A stretch of 64,000 nucleotides of DNA from Auanema rhodensis (GCA_964057225.1 OZ059894.1:10478001-10542000), one strand, 5' to 3'. Shown: positions 42,422 to 58,609, numbered from the stretch's first letter. The notes: generated from the sequence alone by a model not told the origin. A program made the numbers and translations.

Positions 42422-45400
42422 TATAATTAGATGTTGTTGATACATCTAAGATGTATATTTGATTTAGAAGCGAATATAGATAGTTTGATGTTTGTTATAT
42501 AATTTTATTTGATATAGCACCTATTCTTGTACATAATGTATTTCCTTTTTTCGGAAATTCACGATGTGTTTGATTATTTACTGATGTTGTCTGTTATATT
42601 ATTGTTGTTAACTATAGTAATAGTAAAGCTTTTCATCAGTTTTTTTTCTAAAATCAGCCTTTTCTTAGATTATATTGTAGTGAATGAAAACATTTTTCCA
42701 TTTCAATGATGGAATAAGCGAATGGAAACGTAATACTTACGACGATTGTTGTAGCTTATCTTACTTCGCGACCTTCAACTTCATTTCGAGCAGCATGTAA
42801 TAGCTATTCTCAACGATTCTATAAACTTCTAAGCTACATAGTCTTCCACAGTTTATCGCGCAAACTACCCAATGTGGCAACAGAAAATGAAAGAGAATGA
42901 GGGAGTTTCGAGATTGCCAGACTGACTAATCTGAGCCAAAACCGGATCAACGGGTAGACAGTAACACTCTTCTTCCTTCTGTGTCTAGCATTTTCTCTTT
43001 TTCACCTATTTCACTACATTACATATAGCCATTTTCATGTACTCTGCCAGGTAGGAGTGGCTTTGACACAACATCAACGATAGCAATGAAGTTGAGTTGA
43101 CAACAGTATATGAAAGCAATTGTGTACTATCCTTATTTCCTTTCTTCTTCATTCTTTTTTTGGAATCAGCTTGTCTATCGTTTTCTTTTATGTTACTGTC
43201 ATTCTTCTTCTTCTTTTCTTCTTCGTTTTCCAGACTTGATGTATATTTCCTTTTTTCTTTTTCTGTTGTCATATCTTACTCTCGATTATGAAAGCTGATG
43301 TTGGTTTGTTGTATTGGTCTCCGCCCTATTTCGGAGATGCTTGATTATTAGAGAAGTATCACATTCAGTTTGTACCTTGTTGACTTCTGAAGATGTTCAC
43401 ATTCTTACTACAACATCTGTCACCATATCAGTTGTTTTTCATACATCGTCTATATCATCATTCACATAATTGATTATGATGAAGGTGACTTTTCCTACCT
43501 TATAAAGACAGTTTTCATCTTCTTCTCTTCTCAATTACAACTGATTTGCTGGGTTAATCATCTTTCCCGCTGACTTTGTTTGCTTTAATGAATACTTCTC
43601 ATATTTATTTCGTCTTGTCGATTTCATCTTTCTCCCCACCCCTGCAACCCTGTGTTAGTTAATCACAAAGCTAGTTCTCGTACTTTCTCTCAATTCCAAC
43701 ACAGAGCTTACGTCAAACATTAACTTTGATGATGATATTGGTTTGCGGCCAATATGAAAATTCAATTCCAGGCATAAGATATCTTACTTCAATACCTTTC
43801 AAATGAAAACTTAAGCGCGAAAAATGGAAATTTTGAACAGTTCATTTCTTTCCGAACACATGCTCCGATCGGTTGCTCTCTGAAACTTTCCCGTCTCTGC
43901 CTCCACCTCTCGTTTCACCTTTCCCAGCTTACCCTGTGTTCAGATCTTTTTTCAAACAAACTAAATTTGAAGTAACTTTTTAGTATTTGGTTAAGTATTT
44001 TTCCTTCGCATTCTACACGTTTTAGCAATATATTGAATATTTGGCAGTTGCATATTGGCAATGTTTGTTTTTATTGTGTTTTCAAATAGAAAAACAGCGA
44101 AATCACGTTAGCAATGAGATCTGGGTCCCGTTTCTCTCGTATTTTCGATTGATTTGATAATTGACTAGAATGTTTGAAAGTTATTCCGGACTTGTCATTC
44201 AATTATCCTTCTTGTCTCCTCTGTTGCCGTTCATATCTCATTTTTATATTTTGAGTTTATAATGTCTGAAGTTGAATCCTTTTCTAAATATCAAAATGTC
44301 ATTGTGATAAAACAATGACGAGACAAGAGCAATAACAACGAGTTATTCCATCGAACAGTTGAATTGCTTTTTTTAAAAGTTTGAGATAATATCAAATTTA
44401 TTATTATATTTTACATCCTATGTAATAATACACATATATACATGATTTTGTCAGTTGAAATATGTTTCCTGAATTCTCTAAAGGTTTCAAAGAAAGTTTT
44501 CGCAACCAGGCAGAAACCTGGAGTTGAAACTACTCTCAGTTAGGAGATCCTGAAAACATAGCTAGGTTTCTTAATAAAACCCATCGAGTAGTGTTTCCAT
44601 CGGAAGTTATTTCTTAAAAATCGAAAAGAAAATGTTCCAAACGGAAACAATAAGCATTGAACTTTCCGCCTACTCTACAACGATAGACCGGATGCCAAAC
44701 ATGGTGAGATGATAGAGGCAGAGAGAGAGAAAGAGAGAGAGAGAAAAAAAGAAACTTGAGAGATTGAGAGAAAGAGAAGGGAGTTAAGTGAGAAAACATG
44801 AAAAGAACTATAGATATATGGCAGACAGGGAACAGTAAAGAAAAATAGATTCACATAGATAGAGAGAAAGGAGAAGAAAAATAGAGAAAGAAAGAGAATA
44901 TGTATGATATCAAAAGCTGGAAGTTATTAGACGAGACGAACCAATTATCTTTTTTCCCCAAAAAGCAACTTCTTAAACTGTGAACCTTGTTCGCAAAAGT
45001 AGGTAGGTGTGTATGCTCACGCTGCATGTTGCACATACCACCAAGCGATTAAGCTGTTGCTACGAAATAAGGATTTTCATCATCTCAACTTAAACAAACC
45101 TTGGAGTGTGTTTCAAACAATTAGCAAATATTTCATCTTAATCTTGAATCTTTCTAGTTTTCTATTTGCCTGACCCTAACGTTCCGGAATTACGTGACCC
45201 TATAGGTAGGCGTTGATTATATCATAACTGTTGTATATAAACCCTGCTACGACTCATATAATCCTTCACTTTTCCATTCTTTCTTCCGTCTCCCCATCGA
45301 TCTGAGGCTTAACGTCAAATCTACTCAAGTTTTAGTTATTCTATTCCATCGGAATAAGCATATTTTAACCAACCGTTTCTGATGTTTGAGAGGCTTTTAT

Positions 45401-46377
45401 TTCGAATTTTTAAAAAAAAGACACGATATGTTCAGTCTCGGCTACATTTTTTGATCGACTATCCGATAATTAAAACGATTTTTAAATGAAATCTTTCAAG
45501 TTTTTACTGGAAACAGATCTGTTTTCCTTGGCAAACCACGTTAAACTCTTCGTCTGTCATATGCTTTTAACAACAAAAAACTGATTCGCATTCAATGAAC
45601 TATCTTCTCATGTATATAAACGGTATATACGTAAATATTTTATAATATCATACAATATATTTTTAAAAATATTTAAAAAAATCTATTTTGATTTCATTTA
45701 GAGGTCGTATATCTTGTTATTTTCATGAAATGTACGTCGCTTGCTAAACTCGATGCTACTGAAAGCGGAACTGTCTATATAAGTTCATTGTACTTCTATA
45801 TCCTTCTTCACATTTTCTTTTATAAATAATATTTTTAACTATAATTAATAGTTCATAATTCAATTTTTGATGTTTTCCTGCAAATTTTGATCCAATCTCT
45901 CATATATGCTAATGAAACATGGACACGTGAATTCCACGTAAAAATCGTTGTTATGTTTACTTCTTGCAAAGTATGATGCGAAGAACGGTTGTTGAACTTT
46001 ATTCTTTTCTTTTTGCGCACAATACTTTCAAAGATTATCGTTTTTTTTGCTGTTAACTTAAGCTTATAGTAAGTTGTCTTTCTAAATTCTCTTGAATGAA
46101 AAGTAAATATGTTGAAAAAAAATTCAATTTCTCTCTGAAACGTTATAATTGTCTCGGAAAACGAAAAAAATAACAAATAACTAAAAGATATTTACTTTTT
46201 GATTCTACCGAGTTGTTATTTTGCTACCATAAGCCATTTTTTTACGTTTCGTCGTCTTCCGTTTTGAATTTGATGTACACTCAGAGATTTTTTTTATTAT
46301 TTTATAAATTAGTTCTCTTTTATCTCTATTTACTGTACTCTCTGAATCTTCATTCTTGAACTTTAAAATTGTTTCAG

Positions 46378-49300
46378 ATGGTCGGTGTTCGGGACAATTC
46401 CAGTCCGCCTAGACGAGGATCACCTAGCGATGTCTTCAGCCAAGACATTAATGATATTCACAAGCGCAGAGCAACCCCATCTGAAGGGTAAGCATGCTAC
46501 ATTTCATTTTCGTTGTTTTGGGCTTTGCTTTTTCAAAAAATTAAAGAGAGAAGACATTCCCTTTTAAAACGATGCAAGAGATGAATTCGGAATTCTATTG
46601 TAACGACAATAAATTGTTTGCACATATTGAATGAAAGCTGTCAGAAAGTTCGATATGACGACTGTCAGTTGAATTCAAATAATTGATTTTCCATAATTAA
46701 AGAAATCATTTGATTCTGAAGCCTTTTCGATGAGAATCGATTTAAGCCATTTATCTGATGATCCTCTATCATCCACTACTAGTAAATCTGATTCATTTTC
46801 TCGAAAATTTCGAATCTATCGACGATATTACTGTGCCGTTTTACGTAATCGAAAGTCAGTTATATTATAATACTAATGAACTTTTAAAATCTTTGTTTAT
46901 TTTCTTCAATACTTACCAATGTCGCCCTCCCACCTCTCTCTCTCTATCTCTCTCTCTCTCTCTTAACATTTCATTTATTTCTGATAAAAATATCTTTTTT
47001 TTTCTTTTGTAACGATCACTCTTCATGTCTATTTGCCAAATTGTTGTATCTGAAAGGCATTATCGGTAGTTAAACAACGAGAAATCATTCTCTAAACTAA
47101 AGTTGTTTCTGAATCAAACTACACGTCACTTATGATCTTTGACAGTCATTTAAGAAGAGATTTAAACCAAAAAGAAATGTTTATAAACAAGGACAAATCA
47201 ATTATTTAGTCCTTTAATCTATATCAAAGCTAAGAAACAAATATATTTGTGTTATTCCTTTATTCACAAATTCTTTGATGATTAAGATGATTTTGAATAA
47301 AAGGTTTTGTCCTTTGAGGACAATGAAAGAGAAAAAAAAACTAAAATATTTTATAAATATATAATAATAATATAGATTTTTATTAATATTATAATCTTCT
47401 TTTAAAAAGATTTTCTAAAATATAAGTTAAAGCAGATGTTAAGATGATGTGATTGCTGAAATTCTCTTATTTTCTTAATCGACTGAAAAGCTTCATATTG
47501 CTGATATTAAGAAGATCAGATAGATTATGAGAGATTTCTATTCTTCATCCTAAATTATCTTCTTTTCTGTTCTCCTTTTCAAGATTCAAATTGTAAAATA
47601 AATTTTTCTTTTCATCTTTTGCTGCTTATTCTTCTCAATTCTCTTTTATTATTCTTTCTATTCACTCTATACTTCCTCCTTCTATTAGTTCTTAAGTATT
47701 CTCCTTTGTGCTATGGCCAATAGGTTTGATTCCAACATCATTTATTTTGAAAAAAAATGAAAGATTTTCAATGAAAACTTCCTCATAATTCTGATTTAGA
47801 TGTACTCGAACAGTGGCTATTCTATGTGCCATATTGGCTACAGTCTTTCTACTTTCAACTATAGCTTTAGCTATAGTTGTAGGTATAAAGTATAATGAAG
47901 ACAACAAGGTAGATCATTCAAGTGAGGTATGTCATGAAGCTTTTCCTTTTTATTTTTTTCAAAATAAAGATTTTCTTCTTTAAAGTTGAAACTTCTGTCT
48001 TCTGCTTATATTTGGCAGAATTCTTTAGCTTTATCAATATAATCATTAATTCCATTTTTTTGTTTTTAAATATCAACCAATGTGACGTTTATAAGGTCTT
48101 TTACTTCTACTTTTTTAATTGTTTCAATAAGCATTTTCCTTTTTTTTTTAAAAATTGGAAAGCTTTGTCCTTGTGTCTTTCACGATTTTTTTTGAAGCAG
48201 ATAACATCATCCAACAACCAAAACGGTAATACATCGGGAAATTCAAGCAGTGCAGGAGCATCAGGACCTAGTTTGATCTACAATCCGGATGAGAATAACG
48301 TATAGATTTATAGAAATTTTCGATTCTTCCGCTTCTTACTTACCTCCATAGCTTAGTTGTTTCCATATTCCCTTCCTAATCTGCATGTGTAACTCCTTAA
48401 CCATTGAACCAGAAATGAAAAAAAAACATAAATATTCTTAAAATAACTATATGATATAGTTAATATACTAATAAGTATTATGTTTTATTACTTAATGTTA
48501 TGTTTAGAGCTTAGTTTTGGATGTTAAAGCATAAGCTCATATAATATGCATCTATGAGATTTAGTTGTACAGCTTTTGCACCCAATCTAACAAATTTCTG
48601 AAATAGAAATACTAAAACAGCATTTTCTTTTCCCCTTTTTTTGGGATAAAATGGTTTTAGAAGATGAGATATAAGTTTTTTCATATTTTAGCCGTTCCGT
48701 GATGATCGACCAATACTCCAGGATAATTGGCCATTACCATCAGGCAGTCTCTATGCTCATTATAAAAAGGCTTCTGTAGCATCTGATCATGGACTTTGTT
48801 CTGAAATTGGAAGGTTTTCATATATACTTCGATAATCTCTCACAAAAAAATGTTATAGAGATGTGTTGATTGAAGGAGGAAATGCTGTTGATGCGATGAT
48901 TGCCACCCTCGCATGTATCGGAGTTGTTAATCCTCAATCTAGTGGATTAGGAGGAGGATTTCTTATGACCCTCTATAATCAGTAAATTTCAAATTTGTCA
49001 TTTTATTTCATTTTTCAATTTAATTTAGAACTACGGGACGTTGTCAGACTATTGATGCTCGTGAATCTGCACCAGCTGCTGCTAATCAAGATATGTTCTT
49101 GAGTCTTCCTAAAGATTCCAGCGTCTTTGGTATGCTTTTGTCGACATCTAAGTTCAAAAATATCCAATTTAAAGGTTACAAAGCTATTGCTACCCCGGCT
49201 GAACTTCACGGATATTGGACTGTATTCCAAAAATTCGGATCAAAGAAGATTGCCTGGTCTAGACTTCTTGAGCCATCCATCAAATTGGCTAATGAAGGCT

Positions 49301-50248
49301 TCCCAGTTTCTTCTAATCTGGCCATGGTATTAAGCGACAAGGAAAGTATGATTCAAGCTGAGCCTAGTATGAAGTAAGCTGCTAAGAAAATCAATGAAAC
49401 AACTCATTTCTTCAATTAAGAGAATTGTTTGTTGATCCTGCAACTGGAAGAGTTTACGAGGAAGGTGACATCCTTAAGCGACAAACATTAGGCTTCACAC
49501 TTCAGGTTTATAAACAAAGTTTTAAGAAAATCAGACAACTTGTTTAGATGCTTGCTAATGAATCTGACCCACTTGCTTTGTTCTATACTGGAGGTATGGC
49601 TCAGCAAATTATCGGAGAAATGAGTAGTGCTGGAGGATTATTAACCAAAGAAGATTTAGCTAACTATAAGACAAGAATCATTGAGAATCCACTTGTTGCC
49701 GGTAATATCATAGCTTTTCGTAGATGAAACTTCAACGAAAACTTGGTTTCAGAACTTCCAGGAGACTTGGAGATGTGCGGACCACCACCACCATCTTCCT
49801 TTGCTATTACCCAAAGCATTATTGCTGTTATGGCTGGTGAACAATGCTTCAAGTTTTAAGAAAATACTTTAAAGTTTTCAGAATTCTATAGTGGATCGAA
49901 TGCTGATTTGAACGATCCACTGGTCTATCATCGTTTGATTGAAGCTGAGAAGTTTGCTTATGCTCAAAGAACGAAATTAGGAGACTTAGACTTCGTAGAA
50001 TCAGCTAAAGAACTTGTAGCCAACTTGACCAGCAAGTAAGTTTATTCAGATATTAAGCTTTGAATAATGTTCAAATCTTATAGTGCTTATGCTAAATGGG
50101 TCAAATCCATGATTAAAGAAACTGGACAACCACTAGAATACTATATGGGAGATATGACTACTCAGGTAATTTTGAAAAAAAATTAAATTTTTTCATTTAA
50201 ATTTACTCGAATTTCTCTTTTTAAGTCTTTTAATTTAACAGACGTAAG

Positions 50249-50286
<38 letters not shown>

Positions 50287-51188
50287 TATATTTTAATTTA
50301 AATAATATTTATTTATAAAATTTTTAATAATTCTTTATAGGTACCTGATCATGGTACTTCTCATGTTTCCATCATCGATGAGTTAGGTAATGCTGTTTCT
50401 GCTACATCAACCGTCAATCAAATGTATGTTTTATGACATTCAATGACTTTATTCTTCAATATTTCTTCTTAGATTCGGATCTATGAGAGTTTCTGCTGAA
50501 TTGGGAATCATCTGGAATGATCAAATGGACGACTTCTCCACTCCAGGACAATCCAATGCTTTCGGATTTGCTCCATCTGAAGCCAACTTCATTGCTCCAG
50601 GCAAAAGACCTATGAGTAGCATGAGTCCAATGGTTATTTACAATAAGAATGATAATAAGGTTTTATCTTCAGAGCTTCAGCATCGTGAGCTAATAAAATA
50701 TTATCTTCAGATTGCTATGGTTGCTGGTGCTTCTGGAGGTTCATTCATCATCTCAGCTACAGCTCAAACCGTAGTTAGATCTCTTCTATTCAATCAAACT
50801 ATCAAGGTTTTTATCCAAAATTCATAGATTTTTCCAACCATTCTCTCTTATTCAGGAAGCTATTGATGCTCCACGTATTCATAATCAATATTTACCATTT
50901 GTAACTCAGTTTGAGCATACTGTTCCAAAGGTAATAACATTCCCCTCTGTAACATCTATACAACTAATTCTTTATTTTCAGAGAATTGTCGATACTCTTA
51001 TCAATGATTATAAGCAGAACATGAGTGCTGTTGTCAAGCAAAAGTCTGTTGTCCAAGCTCTTGAACTACAGCCTGATGGTATCATATTTCCGCAAATTTC
51101 CACCCAATTCATGCAACGTTTTTCAGGTTTCATTCATGGCAACAGTGATTTCCGCAGACAAACTGCTACATATCCAGCAGGATTTTAA
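46378..51188 (+). CDS. Gamma-glutamyl transpeptidase, type II membrane protein
   Basis: N-terminal TM anchor; GGNAVDA, SSGLGGGF, IDARESAP, autocleavage DHG|TSH, WNDQMDDFS, PGKRPMSSMSP; 5' exons inferred. Confidence 0.93.
50248..50283 (+). repeat. (GTT)12 microsatellite in a GGT intron
   Basis: Read directly. Confidence 0.95.
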
Positions 51189-51670
51189 ATCAAATTCTAA
51201 AAAAAAATGAGAAAAGTAGCATTTGAATGATTTTCCTACATCATCCAATGACCCCTCCTTCCCTCCCTCTCTTCGAAATAGTTGTTTATAACTATTTTCT
51301 AGTCGTTATGTATCTCAAATGAAAACCGATGTATTACCAACATTCGCCTGTTCATAGCATCCAACCCAAGTTTCGACCATTTTCCTTCAAATCTCTAGCG
51401 GTCTTTTATGATTTTTATAATTTTATTCATCAAAGTTATATGTATGTATATTATTGCGATTTTCATCTAATGTTAGATAGTCATGTATCTGTATCTTATA
51501 TTTCTTGACTTACATTCCATGACCCTATCGGGGTTTTGTATTTTTTATATTTCTTTATAATAAAATCTTTTGTTCATCTTTGTGTTTACTTTGATAACAT
51601 CTTTAAAAAACTATTTATATTACTATAAATGCTTTTGAGAACATAAGGAGTTTTCAAAACATTCCTTTCA

Positions 51671-51742
51671 GGCCGAGTGGTCTAGTGGTATGATTCTCGC
51701 TTAGGGTGCGAGAGGTCCCGGGATCGATCCCCGGCTCGGCCC
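51671..51742 (+). tRNA. tRNA-Pro(AGG)
   Basis: Acceptor stem GGCCGAG/CTCGGCC, anticodon arm CTCGC-TTAGGGT-GCGAG, T-loop GATCGA, followed by a T-run. Confidence 0.96.
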
Positions 51743-52044
51743 CAACTTTTACTTTATTTTTGCTGCAAACAGAAGACTATTCATAGCTCAAAGATGTATG
51801 AAAAAGTATAAAATCTATTCTAAGTGACACTTTAGTAGCCACTTATTAGACATATAAGGAAAGCATCCATTAACGAATATCCGGTAATTTGGTATGCTAG
51901 TTATGAACATGTTGTCGCCTCTTATAAGCATAACATCTTCATATATACTCTGGAGAAAAGAGAATAGGTAGAGCTCATTCCTACTATTCATCATCATCGT
52001 CTTCATCGTCTTCTTCTGACTCATATTCTTGTAATTTGTGAATT

Positions 52045-55000
52045 ATGTACGGCTTACTCATAGAAGGAATTCGATTTATGATCGAAGAAAATTTTGGATC
52101 AGAAGTACTTCAACAGGTAGTTTTTAGAATTTTCCAACTTTTTTTTCGAATTAGAGCTTTAATTTTCTAAAATTTCATTGAAGGTTTTACAAATGACACA
52201 TCTAACTGAAAGAGCAATATCAACACATGATCAATATTCTGAAAATATTGTTCCCAATGTACTGAAAGCAACTTGTGAGATTACGGGTCGCTCAGCAGAT
52301 GAAGTTGGAGTTTTAGCTGGTATATCTATTTAAAAACTTGAACTTTAATTGATTTTTTATTATAAAATAGAAATTTTTATTATAATATTAAGGCCGTTTT
52401 TTCGTAAAATTCTTAATCCGTCATGGATATGGTGATCTAATGCATGTAATGGGAAGACGATTTTCCGATTTCCTTAAAGGTTTAGATAACATTCATGAAT
52501 ATTTCCGATTCAGGTAAGCAATTTAACTCATTTTAAAATATGTTTTCTTCAATTTCTTTCTCTTTTCATCTAAACTTCCTGAAAAAAAAGCTTTTAGTTA
52601 TCCAAAGATTCGTCCACCATCATTCTATTGTTCATCAGAATCCGAAGATGGTTTAATCTTACATTACAGGTTAAAATATTTTTCGAAAATTGTAAAAAAT
52701 AAAAAAAATAATTTAAAGAAGTCGTCGACAAGGCTATATCTCCTATGTTATTGGCCAATTAGTAGAACTTGCTCGGATATTTTATCAACAAGATATTGGA
52801 GTAAAAGTTTTAAAAAAAAAAGAAAAAGGAAAATTTTTATTTGTTATTATCCAATTGTCTTTCAATAATAGTGGATTGGGATTAGATAATAGGTTAATTA
52901 TATAAATTATAAATAAAAAATAAAAGAAAATATTTAGATTAAAAGAAAAAGTCAAAAATTTGAATGAATATCTACCAGTTGATACATTTTCTTTCTTAAA
53001 AATGTTTCCATTTTATATTGCTTTTAATAAAAGATTGGATGTAAGTTATAAAAACCATTAAAGTCCATGCAAAAAAAAAGAATTAAAGATTATTATGTGT
53101 GGACATGGCTTAATCAACTTAATGCCTGATATTCCCGGCCAAAACATGGTTGATGTGTTTGATCTGCAAAAGCCTTGCATCAAATTCACTGCTGAAGGAG
53201 TATGTTGATTAAGAAGATTTGATGTTCTTTATCATATAATCTATGTGATTTTAGTGTTTAGCACATGAAAATTGTAATTTTCAATTGGAATCACTTCATC
53301 CGGTTATTAGAAAAACACAAGAAGAAATTCAAGTAAAGATTAATGGTATTATGGAAGAATCAGTAGAATTGAATAAACTTAGTGCAGATTCTATAGATGG
53401 TATGTAAATCTTTGAATATAATGAGCAAAACAACCAAAATTATATTTAAGAATCAGGAGATTTACCATATGTTGTATTACGTGGTCCAATTATATTTTTG
53501 AAAAGTTGTGAAACATTTCTATTACTTGCTACTTGTGTGTAAGTTTTTTTCAATTTTTATTCAAAAAATACAATATTTTCCAAGTGTTGATGGATTAGAT
53601 TCAATGTTTCGTATGGGAATCTTTTTAAATGATTATGGTGACGCTGATTGTAACAGGTCTTTTTCCCATTTTGTTTTACAAATTTACAAATAAAATTTTA
53701 ATTTTTACAGAGAAATTATAATGGCTTCAATTCAAAAAAGTGATCATTTAAAGAATTTACTTCAAAGTGAAAAACAAAGAAGTCAAGTATATTAATTATT
53801 TTATTTATTTATTAATTAAATATATTTATATATAGGTTTTAACTGAAATGACACGAGAAATTGCTATAAATAAGAAGAAAGCTCGTCAATTATTAGCTCA
53901 GATGATGCCTATTGAGGTTCTTTTTGTGTTTTTATAAAAATTATTATTATTATCATCAAATTAAGGTTGCTAATACTATGCTGAAAACAGGAAAAGCTGA
54001 AGCATGCGAAGCTTTTGAGAATTGTACCGTAGCTTTTATAAAGGTAATAACTAAATTTAATAATAAATTATACATTTATTAGTTAAAAAAATAATAAAAA
54101 TAAATTAGAAAATCACATTTATTTCTTATATTTCTTTCAAAATATCCGAATTATTGTAGATTGTTGATTTTTCAAATCAATCACACGAATTAACAGCTGT
54201 AGAAATAGTAAATTTATTAAATAGGTAATTATTATTATAATTAATTAATTATAAATTATAATAATTTATAGTTTATATTCTTTATTTGATGAAATTGTTG
54301 ATGTACATGGAGTTTATAAAGTTGAAACTATTGGAGAATCATATATGATATCAGCTGGAGTTCCATATTCGTATGTTGTTGTTGTTGTTAGAGCTTTTTA
54401 TATATTTTTACTTTTCATCTTATAGAAATGATCATGATACTGAGATTGTAGCTGATTGTTGCTTGAATATGATCTCAAAAATTCGAGAATCTGAATTCTA
54501 TTTTGGAGATTCCAAGAAAAAGATTGTTCAAGTGAAAATAGGATCATATTCTGGAGCATGTGTTGGTGGTATAGTTGGATTAAGAGCTCCACGATATTGC
54601 TTATTTGGAGATACAGTTAACTGTGCAAGTCGTATGGAAAGTCACAATAAAACAGTAATTATATTAATTATATAAAATATTTTATTATATTTTAGCCTAT
54701 GACTATACAAGTTGGTCAAAAAACGAAAGATCGACTTGATAAGCAAGCGCCTTCCAAGTTTAAAGTAAAACATCGTGGTGTTATAGCTGTTAAAGTAAGT
54801 CAAAGTCTCATCACTAAATTCATGTTTTACTTGAATATTCTTAAGGGAAAAGGTGATATGAAAGCATATGAGATTGTAGCCAAAAGTGGAAGATATCGTT
54901 ATACGAAAGTTCCACCAATACGTCCAGTTGATGAAGACGATGAAGATAATGAATGGAATGATATACTTGATGATGATACTCATCGAAATTCAGCAATGAG

Positions 55001-56601
55001 TCGAATGAGTATAACATGGGGTTATGGGTTTGTTTTCAAATAATTTTCATATTTTAAACTAATTTATATTATTATTATTATTATAAATTAAATTATTTTA
55101 TATAATTTTAACTAAAAAAAGAAAAGGTAATCGATAATGAATAACTATGCTATGAGTTAGAATATCCGAATAAATTCCTAGCGTGCTTAGCTATAATTTA
55201 TATAATATATATGAATATATATATAAATATAATATATATTTCATTCAGAATAGTATATGAAGATCTTTTGCTTACTACTTTTACCTCAAATATCTTTTTG
55301 TTTCTTAAACCTTTTTTATTATTATTTCTTTTATATATTTATAGAGGAGATTCATTAGATCAATCAAGAGTTGGATCATCTATATCACGTAGAGCATCAG
55401 ATTGCTCTACTGTTGAGCTAAACAACGTACATATACCTATTTCTTTTATTTTTGATTTTATTTTATTTTAGACTATTGCTCAAACGATTGCCCAAACTTC
55501 TAATTCTGTTTGTTACGATACATCGTAAGATTTCATTCATCTATTATCGATTAGCTTATAGATTTCTGAAATTTTAGAGAATTTGCAACTGCAAATCCTT
55601 CTGGACAATCACGTCTTGAGCAACAATTGAATCGTACACGTCGTGAGTTAGAGAAGCTCCAAACTACTAAGCCTGATCCAACAGACCTTGGTGCTAGCAC
55701 TGATTCTAAACTTTTTAAAAAATTCGAAAACGGTAAAAGTAAAACAGGTGAATGATGATAATCCCAAATTCTTACACATTTTTTCTTTTTTCTCAGGAAA
55801 AGAATCAGAATTCAAATTAAATCTTCAGCAATCTGAAGATAAGAAGGATATGCCAAAGAAGTCCGAAATAGGAGATCCATATAGTGAAGTTGTTTATACA
55901 TATAGTTAATAAGAAAATGAAATTAATGAATTATAGACACCGAGACCAACACTTGACGAATATAAAGTAATGGAAAAAAATAAAATAATTAAAGAACGTA
56001 TAGAAACAATATCTGAAACATCATCAAATAATTCAACAATTGAAGAAAGTGGTCAAATATCAGATGAAACTATAACTATTCGATCATTACCAAAGGTTTT
56101 CTTTTTTTAAATTATTATTATTCATTACTTACGAGTTAAGTTTAAACTTATCTATTTGAGGAAACTCAAAAGTTTTTTTGAGACTCAAAACTTTAAAAAA
56201 AAAATTATTTGAAAAATTTCGGGGTGGCAACAAATACACTTAAAGCTATAATTTAACTATAATTATATAATTAAGGTTAAAAATAAGACAAATAATGAAG
56301 AATTAAAAGCAGCACAACGATTAGCTAATTCTCAATCAACACGTAAAATTCCTGAGCTAAAAGAAAATGAAGTTCTTACTGTTCTTTTGAATATTTCAAG
56401 TTTTAAAAAAGTTTTAGGTTTTACCAGCAATTAAGAAGACAAATGGAGTTCAAAATCATTCAAATTCAAATGAAAATCATACAGAAGAAAAGAAATGTAA
56501 ATGTGAAACAATACGTATGGATCCTAAATTGAAAACTAAGGTAAATATTTTACAAAAAAAAAGAAAATAAAAATAATTTTTAGGTTTGTTCAATACAATA
56601 A
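52045..56601 (+). CDS. gcy-33: Atypical soluble (H-NOX) guanylate cyclase GCY-33
   Basis: [62 protein letters not shown]-terminal CAAX CSIQ. Confidence 0.93.
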
Positions 56602-57108
56602 TTTAAAATTTTGTTTATTTGAATGTTTTATTATATAATTTGTATAATTAAATAAATAATATGTATGTATGTATGTAGTTAAGAAATAATAAAACTTTAT
56701 AAAATTAATTGAAAGTAAATCTATTTAACTAATTATTTTATATAAATTTCTCTTTAATTATGTCAAAGAAATGGTTAAATTGCTTATCTTTCTTCTATTT
56801 TAAATAAGATATCATATCACTTCTTCTTTATATCGAATAGAATAATCAGAACAAAACTTGAGATGGATTTGAACGAAAATATATCGCCCGAGGGGCTAAG
56901 AGATGAAAGTAAAATTTGAGATTGCTAAATTAGTGAGAGAGTATGGAAATTAGAGAGAGTTGATGATAAGATAATGATGAAATTCGCATTCGATGTCATT
57001 GTTGAACACTTACTCTCCTGATTGTAACCAGTTAGATAATGGAACTGGGTCGAGATACTTGTATAGCATCAGCTGACAACATCCGCAAGTGTAGGCGTCT
57101 GAATCCTT

Positions 57109-57114
57109 TATAAG
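57109..57114 (+). promoter_or_regulatory. Probable TATA box of the collagen gene, with upstream GATA motifs
   Basis: TATAAG about 60 nt before ATG 57170; TGATAAGATAA near 56964 and AGATAA near 57034. Confidence 0.5.
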
Positions 57115-57169
57115 GCGAGAACTGATCATCATTGGCTACGGTAGAGCTCGACTCATCGTCCTCGTCAGT

Positions 57170-58408
<1,239 letters not shown>

Positions 58409-58609
58409 GCGTCTTGCATATGCCCCTGAGGGCCTCACATACCATTTGATGCGCAATGTCCATCTATTTAACTTTCAACTTTGTGAATCAAATTATTTAT
58501 TTGTAATCATTATTAATCTCCACATTTTCTGCAATATAATTAATTTCAAATCTCATGGATACCAAATTTGGTGAAAATCATTTATTACGAGGTCGTGTGT
58601 CAAACAAAT

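Noticed and set aside
51720-51732. ATC instead of TTC in the tRNA-Pro T-loop (pseudogene?)
   Set aside because: All stems intact; I recall the same variant in nematode Pro(AGG) tRNAs
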